Below, in pieces: positions 1-8,895 of a stretch of 64,000 bases of DNA. Origin of the DNA: Eubacteriales bacterium. Lineage in GTDB: Bacteria > Bacillota > Clostridia > Lachnospirales > JAVBKL01. Location: contig JAVBKL010000008.1 in the NCBI GenBank assembly GCA_031554055.1, positions 49 through 64,048 on the forward strand, read 5' to 3'. The notes under the pieces are model-generated. The model was not told where the DNA came from. It did no database searches and saw nothing but the letters and a program-made list of their open reading frames with translations. The position numbers and the translations under genes were made by a program. Each line of letters starts with the position of its first letter. The stretch's first letter is position 1.

Positions 1-197
1 CCGCTGCCTTGCACTGACACTCTTTTGCCTTTGTAAGTACCGGTAAATCCGAGCATTCCACGAACGCTGTTGACTTGCACGATGTCCTCTAAATAATTTT
101 CTGCGATATACTTCGCTCTAAGTGGATCGCCCGGCATTAAAACTGTTTTGGCATAATCACCTTGTTGTGCTGTAATATGTGGAGTTGGAATTGACAT
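1..197 (-). CDS. deoD: purine nucleoside phosphorylase, DeoD type; N-terminal 65 codons only, gene runs off the left edge
   Basis: My own reverse-complement translation from ATG 197 gives [66 protein letters not shown]. It is collinear with the DeoD N-terminus ([28 protein letters not shown]). An AAGGGGG SD lies upstream. The ORF is absent from the track because it is truncated. Confidence 0.85.
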   Translation of the reverse strand, partial: MSIPTPHITAQQGDYAKTVLMPGDPLRAKYIAENYLEDIVQVNSVRGMLGFTGTYKGKRVSVQGS

Positions 198-211
198 TTA
201 AATACCCCCTT

Positions 212-892
212 CTAATAGCCCTTAACTTCTTCATTTTTTAGGATTTTTACGATGGAACTTGTGCCAAGTCTTGATGCACCCAGGTTAATAAAATCTTCTG
301 CGTCTTGCAGTGATTTGATTCCGCCGGCAGCTTTGATTTTCACATTCTCGCCAATATTTTTGGCAAACAACGCAATGTCTTCTCTTGTTGCCCCGCCTGT
401 GGAAAAACCCGTCGATGTTTTAATGTAATCTGCTGATGCATTTGTAACAGCTTCGCACATTTTAATTTTTTCTTCATCTGTAAGCAAGCACGCTTCAATG
501 ATAACTTTTAAAATCTTATCGCCAACCGCTTGTTTAATTTGTCTGATTTCATCTGTTACTTTTTCAAAGTCACCGTTTTTAACATCGCCGACATTGATTA
601 CCATATCAACTTCATCGGCACCGTTTAGGATTGCATCTTTTGCTTCATACACTTTTGACGCTGTTGTGCTGTATCCGTTCGGAAATCCGATTACGGTACA
701 TACTGCAAGTTTATCACCTACATATTCTTTTGCACGTTTCACGTATGCCGCAGGTATGCAAACAGAAGCAACCTGAAATTTGGTTCCATCGTCACAAATT
801 AATTTAATTTCTTCCCAAGTTGCCGAAACGGAAAGCAGTGTGTGGTCAACACAACTCAATATTTTTTCTTTATCCAAACTATTTTCCTCCAT
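212..892 (-). CDS. deoC: deoxyribose-phosphate aldolase
   Basis: 226-aa track ORF with [32 protein letters not shown] and KIKAAGGI, typical of DeoC. ATG 892 has no SD. An in-frame TTG at 877 sits 8 nt after GGAGG, so the real start may be 877. Confidence 0.9.
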   Translation of the reverse strand: MEENSLDKEKILSCVDHTLLSVSATWEEIKLICDDGTKFQVASVCIPAAYVKRAKEYVGDKLAVCTVIGFPNGYSTTASKVYEAKDAILNGADEVDMVINVGDVKNGDFEKVTDEIRQIKQAVGDKILKVIIEACLLTDEEKIKMCEAVTNASADYIKTSTGFSTGGATREDIALFAKNIGENVKIKAAGGIKSLQDAEDFINLGASRLGTSSIVKILKNEEVKGY

Positions 893-962
893 ATCGCTTT
901 TTGTTGCTAAAGCAAATTGTTAGTATTTGTTCTTGAAATAACATTTTTTTGTTAGCAATAGA

Positions 963-991
963 ATTTTATTACTAAAGCTAAGCTTTGTCAA
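963..991 (-). promoter_or_regulatory. sigma-A-like promoter for deoC-deoD
   Basis: On the minus strand: TTGACA (991-986), a 17 nt spacer, then TAAAAT (968-963), about 70 nt upstream of deoC. Confidence 0.45.
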
Positions 992-1083
992 GCGATTTTT
1001 TTCGATGATATCCGTGTTTTCGAGCCAAACAATAACCATTTTTTCACAAACCATTTGTAAACATAACTATCTTGTCAATCAAC

Positions 1084-1120
1084 AAAACCACTCATGTATA
1101 GTTTATGCATAAGTGGTTTC
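1084..1120 (-). terminator. rho-independent terminator after the RR-HD-GYP gene
   Basis: The minus strand reads GAAACCACT-loop-AGTGGTTTT followed by GTT. The stem is AAACCACT/AGTGGTTT, directly after the stop at 1145. Confidence 0.5.
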
Positions 1121-1144
1121 TGAATTTTGATAATATGAAATTAT

Positions 1145-2197
1145 TTAACGGATCGTACCTTGTTGTAGCAACCCTACAAAAACTGAAACCAAGGTCGGAT
1201 CAAAGATTGTGCCTGAAGTATTATTCATAATTTTAGCGGCGGCTTCGGGTGGCAACATTTGCCCCTGTGCGATGTTACTACTCATTAAATCGTAATAATT
1301 GCAGATGCCTAAAATTTGTGCGTCAAGTGGAATCTGTTTTCCTCTTAACCCATAAATCCCTGTGCCGTCAAATTTTTCCCAGTGATACTTAATACTTTCA
1401 ATAATTTTATCTGTATCCACCATATTTTTAATGATGTTTTCGGCCACTTCGTTTTGCTTTTTAACGATTTCTGGCTTTGAGTATAATTGCAATCCGCTAA
1501 GTTCCTTGATTTGGTCGTCCGACAAACCTATTTTTCCAATGTCATGGATTATAGCCGTATGCTCAAGTCGCTTTAAGTCAAGGTCGCTTGATTTTAGTTT
1601 CTTGCCAATCTCAACTGCATTATTTGCCACTCTTGAGGAATGCCCAGCCATTTTTGGATCACGCATATCAAGTCCCACCGTAAGTGCCTTGATTGTCTGG
1701 TCATAATTGCCTTGCAAGTCCATATATAGTTTTTCGTAGCGTTTGTATAGCGTTTCAAACCCACGTGATAAATCGGCAGATTTTTTTTCTTGTTCAAACG
1801 CTTTGATGGCTTCAATAACTGTCAGTGCCAAGTCCCTATTGTCCCAAGGTTTTGTTATGTAGCGATAAAGCCCAGCCCGATTGATTGCAGAAATGATTCC
1901 GTCAATAGACGAATACCCCGTTAGCATTATTTTTTTTATGCGTGGGTTTCTGTCTTTCACTTTTTCGAGCAACTCGTCGCCCTTCATGTTAGGCATGATG
2001 TAATCGGAGATAACTACCGAGACATCAACGCCTTCTTCTTCGCATTCATCTAAAATTGCTAATGCTTCTTCTGCACCCAAGGCTTTTTCAATCGTATAAT
2101 TCTTGCCTACCCATTCAGTAAGTTGTTCAGCCAAAATGTTTAAAAGCATTTTTTCATCATCAACGCAAATTATTGTTGAACGTGACCTATCATTCAT
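1145..2197 (-). CDS. response regulator: receiver domain plus HD-GYP-like (variant) phosphodiesterase domain
   Basis: Receiver motifs are ICVDDEK, VVISDYIMPNMKG and KKIMLTGY. The HD domain has IIHDIGKIGL, followed by KYHWEKFDGTGIYGL where HHExxDGxGYP is expected. Its start overlaps the kinase stop as ATGA. Confidence 0.85.
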   Translation of the reverse strand: MNDRSRSTIICVDDEKMLLNILAEQLTEWVGKNYTIEKALGAEEALAILDECEEEGVDVSVVISDYIMPNMKGDELLEKVKDRNPRIKKIMLTGYSSIDGIISAINRAGLYRYITKPWDNRDLALTVIEAIKAFEQEKKSADLSRGFETLYKRYEKLYMDLQGNYDQTIKALTVGLDMRDPKMAGHSSRVANNAVEIGKKLKSSDLDLKRLEHTAIIHDIGKIGLSDDQIKELSGLQLYSKPEIVKKQNEVAENIIKNMVDTDKIIESIKYHWEKFDGTGIYGLRGKQIPLDAQILGICNYYDLMSSNIAQGQMLPPEAAAKIMNNTSGTIFDPTLVSVFVGLLQQGTIR

Positions 2198-4812
2198 CGG
2201 TTACCCTCCTTTGTATTAGAATCTTCAAGTACAGGCAACCTAACAGTAAATGTTGTGCCAACACCGATACTGCTCGAAACCTCAATTGTGCCTTTATGTT
2301 TTTCGACTATCTTTTTACTAATGTCAAGCCCCAGCCCGCTGCCCTCACCCAAAGGTTTGGTTGTATAAAACGGCTCAAAAATATCTACAAGCTTACTTTC
2401 TTCAATGCCTGTTCCTGTGTCTATGACAGAAATTTTTAAGTTTCCATTTTCTTCGTGTGCCGAAACCGTGAGCGTTCCGTTGCCACCCATTGCATAAATT
2501 GCATTTTGTATCAGGTTCGTCCAAACTTGTGAAAGTTCGTCTGCATTGCCCTTGATTGTTTTTATGTTTTCATCATAATCAAGAACTATGTCTATTCCCG
2601 TTTTGATTTGATTATGATATAGAGTAAGAACGGTGTCAATAGTTTTTATCACGTCCATCTCGAGATGTTCGTCAGAAACTGTATTGTGCGAATATGATTT
2701 TAATGCAAATACAATTTTCGATACTTTTCCTGTGGCAACCATAATTGTTTCCGTGCCGACAATCAAAGTGGAAAGCCCACCGACCACACTCAAAATTTCG
2801 CATATCTTTGGATTCTTTAAAATATCGATTCGCTCTTTAATCTTTTCCATGTCACAAATTTCAAGCCTAACCAGTCCGTCTACAATCTCAGGTCCGCTTT
2901 CTAGTTCTATCTCTTCAAAATATTTTTTCAGAGCATTTTTCGCACGGCGAATGGTGACAGTCGAGTTCATTTCTCTAAGCGATACTGAAGCCAAGTTCAC
3001 GAGTTCTGTAAAAATTTCGAACTCCTCCTCGGTGAAGTTCTTGCTGTTTTTCATTGCCGCTTTTAAAGTGTTTGAAAGCGAAGCCGACATTGTTTCTGCG
3101 GAAGCTTTGATCGCACCGATTGGCGTATTGATTTCATGGGCAACACCAGAAATTAATTGTCCCAAAATAATTGACTTCTCACGCATGACCAAATTGGATT
3201 GTGCATTCTTTAATTTGTTTAGGTTATCAACCGTGTTATTATAATTCTCAATGGAGCGAACAATATAAAGTTCAACCGCCGTATACAATCCAAAGCCGAG
3301 AGCCATAACAGACGAAATCGAATAGCAAACCGCTTGGTAATCAGAAATTCCAAGAACGAGTGTCTCAATCACTGCATCTATAAATAGTATCAGGATAAAC
3401 GCAATAAAAACTTTGCGAGCTTCACTTGGTTTAAGCGAAAACAACCCTTGAATCAACGCCATGAACGTCCACAAAATTGCAATGCTCAAACCGTCTGAAT
3501 ATCCGCCGGTTAAAAGATGAACCATCACAGGTATAACGATACCCATAACAATTCCAAAGGTGGTATGCCTTCTTGTCATATTGATTGCATATCCCCCAAT
3601 TAAAAGGGTGACACCTAAAAGCAATAAAGAAATCGCTATTTTTCCAAATAACGAAACATCGCTTGCTATTGCGTACATAGCAAAAGCAAACACCGCAACG
3701 ATTCCACCAATGTGCATACCAATCGCTGCTTTGATGTTGCATTCATCAATTGGCATGAGTTGGTTGCGATATTTACGCATGATATAATTACATATAATCT
3801 CGTACGTTGGCATATTATACTTGGAATTTCTAAAGTTAAGAAAAATACAAGAAATAGCAGTTAACCCAAGAACAAAAAGAACCAAGTACGATTTATGCAA
3901 AACGCTATGGATTGGCACAAAAGTTGCAATGACCAATTCGTTGTACAATTTCTTATATGTAAGTGCAAAAGCAGCATTTTCACTTTTACCGCTAATGCAA
4001 GAAATATTCTCTATGAGCCTGTTTTTAAAATGAATCGTATCGTTCTCTTTTACAAAAACCTCATGAAACAGTTCTTTTGTAAAAGTCACATCAACGCCAG
4101 TTTCAATCATAATACTTGCTTCACTGTTAAACAAAACAGCAAACGTATCTTTTTTGTCGGCATTAATTTTTGATAACATACTATTAAAATACTTGTTATC
4201 CATTATGATTCCACAAAAGCCAATGTTCTCGCCTTTAAAAACAAACGGCCTGATGTAAATCAAAATATTTCTATCGTTGTATTTATCAGGCAAAGCAATC
4301 CACTGCGACTTAAAAAATTTTGACCGATCAAGCGTTTCTTCAAAATTCATGGAATAGCCTTGCTTAAATCCACTTTTAACTTGACTAAATTCAGTTGCTC
4401 CAAGCTGCCCAACATTTAAGTAATAGCCAATCAAGTTGTCATTATTGACAAGTTTGGATTTTAAAGAAGCATCTACAAGTTGTGTAAAATAACTCAAATC
4501 AACGCTATCAATGGTTAAGTCTTTGCTTGCCGAGCTAATTGTGTCGGCACTTGGATATATACTTTCTGTAAGCGTTGTGGTTTCAGCAAGCTCTGTTTCA
4601 ATTTCTTTTAGTCCGTTTTCAAAGTCTGTAAATTTCTGATTCGAATTATGCAAAATATTTTTTGCCATTCCAATCGAAGTGTAATTTATGATTGGTACAA
4701 TGGCAAGAACGGCAAGAATACCAATTACCGCAAACCAAAAGTTTTTCGAGTATTGCCCTAAAGTACTTTGAAACTTACCTTTTACCGACAGATCATCGTG
4801 ATTTTTCGGCAT
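2194..4812 (-). CDS. membrane sensor histidine kinase: extracytoplasmic domain, polytopic membrane block, DHp and HATPase
   Basis: H-box VAHEINTPIGAI, N-box WTNLIQNAIYAM, G-boxes DTGTGI and GSGLGLDISKKIV. There is an N-terminal TM and a multi-TM stretch at about aa 300-520. A GGGGTG SD precedes the ATG. Confidence 0.85.
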   Translation of the reverse strand: MPKNHDDLSVKGKFQSTLGQYSKNFWFAVIGILAVLAIVPIINYTSIGMAKNILHNSNQKFTDFENGLKEIETELAETTTLTESIYPSADTISSASKDLTIDSVDLSYFTQLVDASLKSKLVNNDNLIGYYLNVGQLGATEFSQVKSGFKQGYSMNFEETLDRSKFFKSQWIALPDKYNDRNILIYIRPFVFKGENIGFCGIIMDNKYFNSMLSKINADKKDTFAVLFNSEASIMIETGVDVTFTKELFHEVFVKENDTIHFKNRLIENISCISGKSENAAFALTYKKLYNELVIATFVPIHSVLHKSYLVLFVLGLTAISCIFLNFRNSKYNMPTYEIICNYIMRKYRNQLMPIDECNIKAAIGMHIGGIVAVFAFAMYAIASDVSLFGKIAISLLLLGVTLLIGGYAINMTRRHTTFGIVMGIVIPVMVHLLTGGYSDGLSIAILWTFMALIQGLFSLKPSEARKVFIAFILILFIDAVIETLVLGISDYQAVCYSISSVMALGFGLYTAVELYIVRSIENYNNTVDNLNKLKNAQSNLVMREKSIILGQLISGVAHEINTPIGAIKASAETMSASLSNTLKAAMKNSKNFTEEEFEIFTELVNLASVSLREMNSTVTIRRAKNALKKYFEEIELESGPEIVDGLVRLEICDMEKIKERIDILKNPKICEILSVVGGLSTLIVGTETIMVATGKVSKIVFALKSYSHNTVSDEHLEMDVIKTIDTVLTLYHNQIKTGIDIVLDYDENIKTIKGNADELSQVWTNLIQNAIYAMGGNGTLTVSAHEENGNLKISVIDTGTGIEESKLVDIFEPFYTTKPLGEGSGLGLDISKKIVEKHKGTIEVSSSIGVGTTFTVRLPVLEDSNTKEGNR

Positions 4813-4830
4813 ATACGCACCCCATAAAAG

Positions 4831-5232
4831 TTATTTACCTAAAACGTTTTCAAGCAAATCCTCAATTTTATCCATAAGCTCTGTTTTGTCCCAAGGCTTC
4901 GCAACATAGGCAGACAAACCGCCATTTTCACGTGCATTGTTAATCGCTTCTGGATTGGCTTGCCCTGTGAGCATAATCTTCAATGTTCCTGGGTGTTTTC
5001 GGTGAATACGAACAATCAGTTCGTCGCCTTTCATGCCACGCATAAGCCAATCAGAAATAATTAAAATCACATTGACCGAATCTCCAACCAAGTCGTCAAT
5101 AATTTCGATTGCTTCTTCGCCAGACATCGCCATCTCATAAATATATTTGTCTCCAAAGCGTTCGTAAAGCTGCTCCTCAAGACTCTTTATAATGATCTTT
5201 TCGTCATCAACACATAAAATCGCTTTTTTCAT
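4831..5232 (-). CDS. single-domain CheY-like response regulator
   Basis: MKKAILCVDDEK, ILIISDWLMRGMKG, KIMLTGQ and AYVAKPW. I chose the start at MKKAIL (5232) by homology; the track start is 5277. Confidence 0.8.
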   Translation of the reverse strand: MKKAILCVDDEKIIIKSLEEQLYERFGDKYIYEMAMSGEEAIEIIDDLVGDSVNVILIISDWLMRGMKGDELIVRIHRKHPGTLKIMLTGQANPEAINNARENGGLSAYVAKPWDKTELMDKIEDLLENVLGK

Positions 5233-5414
5233 AAAATTTAACCGCTCCCAACAAAAATTATAAAAATTATTTTTCATTTAGAGTATAACATACCAAATTG
5301 CCGAAAACAATGGAATAATTTATTGTTTGCTATTGTTAAATAGATTATTTTTTAGTATCATATTAGAGGGTTCACTTTTTTATTATGAAAGATGAAAGCA
5401 AGGGAGTAAAAACT

Positions 5415-6311
5415 ATGGTAGCAAACATACTGGTTGTTGGCGATAGCCCGACTTATATTAAATTGATGCAAAGCATACTCGAATCTGTTGGGCATACCGT
5501 AACAACGTGCTTGGACGGACGTGAGACTTTAACTATTTTATCCAAAGCCTCATATGACGTTATCTTGCTAGACGTAATTTTGAAAAACATTAGCGGTTTC
5601 GAAATTTTGAAGGACTTACAGGATCACGAAGATTATAAAGATATACCGGTAATTTTACTCACAGGCCTTGGCGACCCTGATTATGTGAAGCGTGGGCTTG
5701 ATATGGGTGCCCTTGATTGTATAAAAAAACCTTGCGAAAAAACAGAAATCATTGCCCGCGTGAACGCAGCAAGACGAGTGAAAGAAAAACATGATTTGCT
5801 GCTTGAGTATGCCATCACCGATGTTTTAACACAAGTGCGTAATCGTGCATACATTGATAGAAAACTTAAAAATTTGACCGCCAATAAACACGAATACCCC
5901 AAGGGAATTGGATTTATCATGGCAGACTGCGATTTTTTTAAAAACATAAATGATACCTATGGTCACCAAGCCGGCGACATTGTTTTAAAAGGTGTTGCAC
6001 AAGCCATCAGCCGAACTGTAAAAAACATTGACACGGTTGGTCGTTTTGGCGGCGAAGAGTTTTGTATTATCCTGCCTAACACGCATCTTGACGAAACGAT
6101 TCTTGCGGCAGACCGTATCCGTAAAAATGTTGAGCGAACCTATTTTAATTTTGACGACAACGATGTGAACATAACCATTTCTCTTGGCGTGACACACACC
6201 GTTTCTGACGATCAACTTACACCATCAGACCTCATCGCCTTAGCCGATGTTGCCCTTTATCAAGCAAAGGACAATGGCCGAAACCGAGTGGAAGTTTCAA
6301 AAACAAATTAA
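5415..6311 (+). CDS. response regulator: receiver plus GGDEF diguanylate cyclase
   Basis: Receiver motifs are ILVVGDSP, VILLDVIL and ILLTGLG. The GGDEF domain has LTQVRNRAY, MADCDFFKNINDTYGHQAGD and RFGGEEF. An AAGGGAG SD lies 8 nt before ATG 5415; the track start is 5385. Confidence 0.85.
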   Translation: MVANILVVGDSPTYIKLMQSILESVGHTVTTCLDGRETLTILSKASYDVILLDVILKNISGFEILKDLQDHEDYKDIPVILLTGLGDPDYVKRGLDMGALDCIKKPCEKTEIIARVNAARRVKEKHDLLLEYAITDVLTQVRNRAYIDRKLKNLTANKHEYPKGIGFIMADCDFFKNINDTYGHQAGDIVLKGVAQAISRTVKNIDTVGRFGGEEFCIILPNTHLDETILAADRIRKNVERTYFNFDDNDVNITISLGVTHTVSDDQLTPSDLIALADVALYQAKDNGRNRVEVSKTN

Positions 6312-6332
6312 CTTTATTCGAAAGGGTTTTGT

Positions 6333-7109
6333 ATGCAGAATTTTTCGTTTATTTTACTTTGTTTGGTTTTGCCGTATGCCTCAACCGTGCTCGGCGTTTT
6401 TGTTGCTACCTTTTTCAAAAATCCATCAAAGAGAACAGAAGAAACCATGCTGGGTTTTGCTGCCGGCGTCATGCTTGCCGCTTCCATCTGGGGACTGCTT
6501 CTTCCGTCCTTTGAAGCGGCGGCACACGATAAGTTTCAACTCGTATATGTGAGCTTGGGTTTTGTTTCTGGAATTTTATCCATTTTAGCCATCGACTTAA
6601 TCCTTCCTCATGTTCATGCAAACAACCAAGTGGAGGGCATGAAAACCAAACTGCCACGCTCTTTTTTGCTTGTGTTCGCTGTTGCCATTCACAATCTGCC
6701 CGAAGGTCTTGCTATGGGTGTTGTTCTTGGTGCGGCGATGTTTGGCGATAACGCCATTTCCATTGGTTCTGTACTTGCCCTAAGCATCGGTCTTGCTCTG
6801 CAAAACTTTCCAGAGGGTATTGCCGTTACTTTTCCCCTCATAAAAGAAGGCTTCTCCCGAAAGAAAAGCTTTTTAATCGGCCAATTTTCAAGCATCGCCG
6901 AGCCGATATGTGCGGTACTTGGTATTTTTCTTGCTGTGTCTCTACAGAACATTTTGCCGGCTCTGTTGAGCTTTGCCGCTGGTGCTATGTTCTTTGTTAT
7001 CGTTGAGGAGTTGATTCCCCAGTCGCAAACAGGCGAGAGCCATGCCGGAACATATGGGTTGCTTACAGGCTTTTGGCTCATGGCAATTATGGCGGTTGCA
7101 CTTGGGTAA
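6333..7109 (+). CDS. zupT: ZIP family divalent metal (zinc) transporter
   Basis: 258 aa and polytopic, with AIHNLPEGLAMG and LQNFPEGIAV, the ZIP signature helices. Confidence 0.75.
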   Translation: MQNFSFILLCLVLPYASTVLGVFVATFFKNPSKRTEETMLGFAAGVMLAASIWGLLLPSFEAAAHDKFQLVYVSLGFVSGILSILAIDLILPHVHANNQVEGMKTKLPRSFLLVFAVAIHNLPEGLAMGVVLGAAMFGDNAISIGSVLALSIGLALQNFPEGIAVTFPLIKEGFSRKKSFLIGQFSSIAEPICAVLGIFLAVSLQNILPALLSFAAGAMFFVIVEELIPQSQTGESHAGTYGLLTGFWLMAIMAVALG

Positions 7110-7110
7110 A

Positions 7111-7935
7111 TTAATTTTCTATGAGTGAGTATGCCCATAAATTTCGCACTTGCGATTCTATCTGTTCTAAATCCCATTCCATGTTGCTCCGCTCAATACT
7201 GTTCGGATCGTTGACTAAAATTTTGACGTCTGATGTAATTCGCCCGAGCACTATAAAATGCCCTGTGGTGGTAAAATCACCCTTTTGCACACTGACGATG
7301 ATGGGGTTTCCATTTTTTAAATGTTTAATAATTGTTGAAGAGTCCAAGTTTAGTTCAGTGGCTTGCAATCCAAAATGTTCCGCACCCTCCGACATGAGCG
7401 TCCAACTCGTAGATCCAGTTTCTTCATCCAAATAACCTTGCTCCGCACTGAACTCCGCAACCATTCGAGGATTAAAAGAAGTATTCCCCGTTAACCCTAC
7501 TGCCACCATAGACAGGCATGTAGGACCACACCCATTAAGTGCCATCATCTCGTCCCCATACGAATCATATCCCCAGCGTTTGTCCCATTGCAAAAATAAT
7601 GGAATCTCACCTGCTGTATCGTAGCTTGATAATTCTATTTCCTTTTTAGTTTCTCTTTCGGGATAACCCAATACAAAATCAATCGTTTCAGCATTTCTTA
7701 ATAATAAATCCAAAATATCAGTCGGATACTCGATGATGTTCACAATTATATTTTTTACTTTTGGTTCTGATCTTTTCATTTGTTCAAGCGGCTCAATATA
7801 TTCTTGGTTAACGTCTGTGTTTTTATTAACCGCAACATTTGAACAACCATAAAGAATTGACGACAGAAAAACAAATATAAAAAGCAATGCAAAAACAGTG
7901 ATGACCATTAAAAATAAGTTGTTGGTTTTTTTCAT
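7111..7935 (-). CDS. membrane-anchored peptidase C39-like (C39_2-type) domain protein
   Basis: An N-terminal TM, then LFLQWDKRWGY, NGCGPTCLSMVAVG and GHFIVL...VNDPNS, which supply the catalytic Cys and His context. An AAGGAG SD lies 8 nt before ATG 7935; the track used GTG 7944. Confidence 0.75.
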   Translation of the reverse strand: MKKTNNLFLMVITVFALLFIFVFLSSILYGCSNVAVNKNTDVNQEYIEPLEQMKRSEPKVKNIIVNIIEYPTDILDLLLRNAETIDFVLGYPERETKKEIELSSYDTAGEIPLFLQWDKRWGYDSYGDEMMALNGCGPTCLSMVAVGLTGNTSFNPRMVAEFSAEQGYLDEETGSTSWTLMSEGAEHFGLQATELNLDSSTIIKHLKNGNPIIVSVQKGDFTTTGHFIVLGRITSDVKILVNDPNSIERSNMEWDLEQIESQVRNLWAYSLIEN

Positions 7936-8021
7936 ATTGAACACTCCTTAAGTTTTATAAAAAAAAGAGTATCACAATCCATTTTACAGTTGTTGATTTT
8001 GGCTTGGGTTGCAAATGGGTT

Positions 8022-8075
8022 GCCCCAAACGTGTGGCACGAAATGACGTTTGGGGCATACTTTTTACGTTTGGGA
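8022..8075 (+). promoter_or_regulatory. triple ACGTTTGGG repeat, candidate LytTR operator
   Basis: GCCCCAAACGT (8022-8032) is the inverted copy. ACGTTTGGGGC (8046-8056) and ACGTTTGGGA (8066-8075) are direct copies with 20 nt periodicity, 55-85 nt upstream of the LytTR regulator start. Confidence 0.4.
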
Positions 8076-8130
8076 TTTTTTTAGGTTTTTTGAAATCTTT
8101 TGTGCTAAAATAAAAAAGGGAGTGATGAGT

Positions 8131-8895
8131 ATGCTTGGAATAATCATTTGTGATGATGATAAATTTACGCTTGCGTTATCCACTAAGATGGCGAAGCAGT
8201 GTATAAACGAGAACGGATTTTCGGCTGATGTGGTTTGTATGAGTACAAGCTTTAAAGAGATCATCAGTTTTCTTAATCGAAACAAAGGCCTCTATCTTTA
8301 TTTTTTGGACATCGACTTTGGAAAAGGCGAACTAAACGGAATTGATATGGCAAAATTAATTAAAGAGCACGAGCCACTTTCAAAAATTGTATTTGTGACT
8401 AGCCACGCCGATATGGGGATGAACGTTTTAAAAAGCGGTGTCGAAGCCTTCGGTTTTATCGAGAAAACAATGGAAGAACACAAAATGATTGCTGGCTATA
8501 AAAAATACATCGCCTTGGCGATAGAACGCACTGCTTCTTTTCTCCAAGAAAAGCCAAAGGACGAACAAAGTATACAGCTCATGGTTGGGATTGACGAATT
8601 TATTTCCTTGCCTATTTCCCAAATTCTTTATGTGGAGTCGGCAAAAACGGTTTCTCATTTTGTTTGTTATCATACTGTGGACGGCTCTTCCATTTCTGTA
8701 AGGGATACCATCGAGAACGTTCTCACTCATTTGGGCGATGGCTTCATAAAAAGTCACCGCTCGGTGGTGATCAACATAAGCCATGTGCTGTCCGTATCTG
8801 ACGGCGTAGTAAATTTTGTGGGAGGCGAAACAGCGTCGTGCTCGTTTCGACTGAAAAACGAAATTATTAGAAAATGCAAGGTGGGACGTGTATGA
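8131..8895 (+). CDS. LytTR/AgrA-family response regulator
   Basis: Receiver motifs are IIICDDD, YFLDIDF and IVFVTSH. The C-terminal LytTR domain has ILYVES...HTVDGS...SHRSVVINISHV. A GGGAG SD lies 8 nt before ATG 8131. Confidence 0.85.
   Translation: MLGIIICDDDKFTLALSTKMAKQCINENGFSADVVCMSTSFKEIISFLNRNKGLYLYFLDIDFGKGELNGIDMAKLIKEHEPLSKIVFVTSHADMGMNVLKSGVEAFGFIEKTMEEHKMIAGYKKYIALAIERTASFLQEKPKDEQSIQLMVGIDEFISLPISQILYVESAKTVSHFVCYHTVDGSSISVRDTIENVLTHLGDGFIKSHRSVVINISHVLSVSDGVVNFVGGETASCSFRLKNEIIRKCKVGRV

Noticed and set aside
2633-3244. A 203-aa plus-strand ORF inside the histidine kinase gene. Similar long shadow ORFs occur at 6689-7177, 8428-8973, 26376-26825, 29776-30222, 37448-37843, 40527-40961, 53544-53984, 57671-58135 and 60175-60585.
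   Set aside because: All are fully embedded antisense or out of frame within well-supported genes. They lack an RBS and have low-complexity or odd composition, which is typical of shadow ORFs.
8043-8084. A 13-codon micro-ORF (MTFGAYFLRLGFF) upstream of the LytTR regulator, considered as a possible autoinducer-peptide precursor.
   Set aside because: It has no Shine-Dalgarno sequence and is far shorter than AgrD-type precursors. Its sequence is a by-product of the ACGTTTGGG repeats, which are better explained as a DNA operator.
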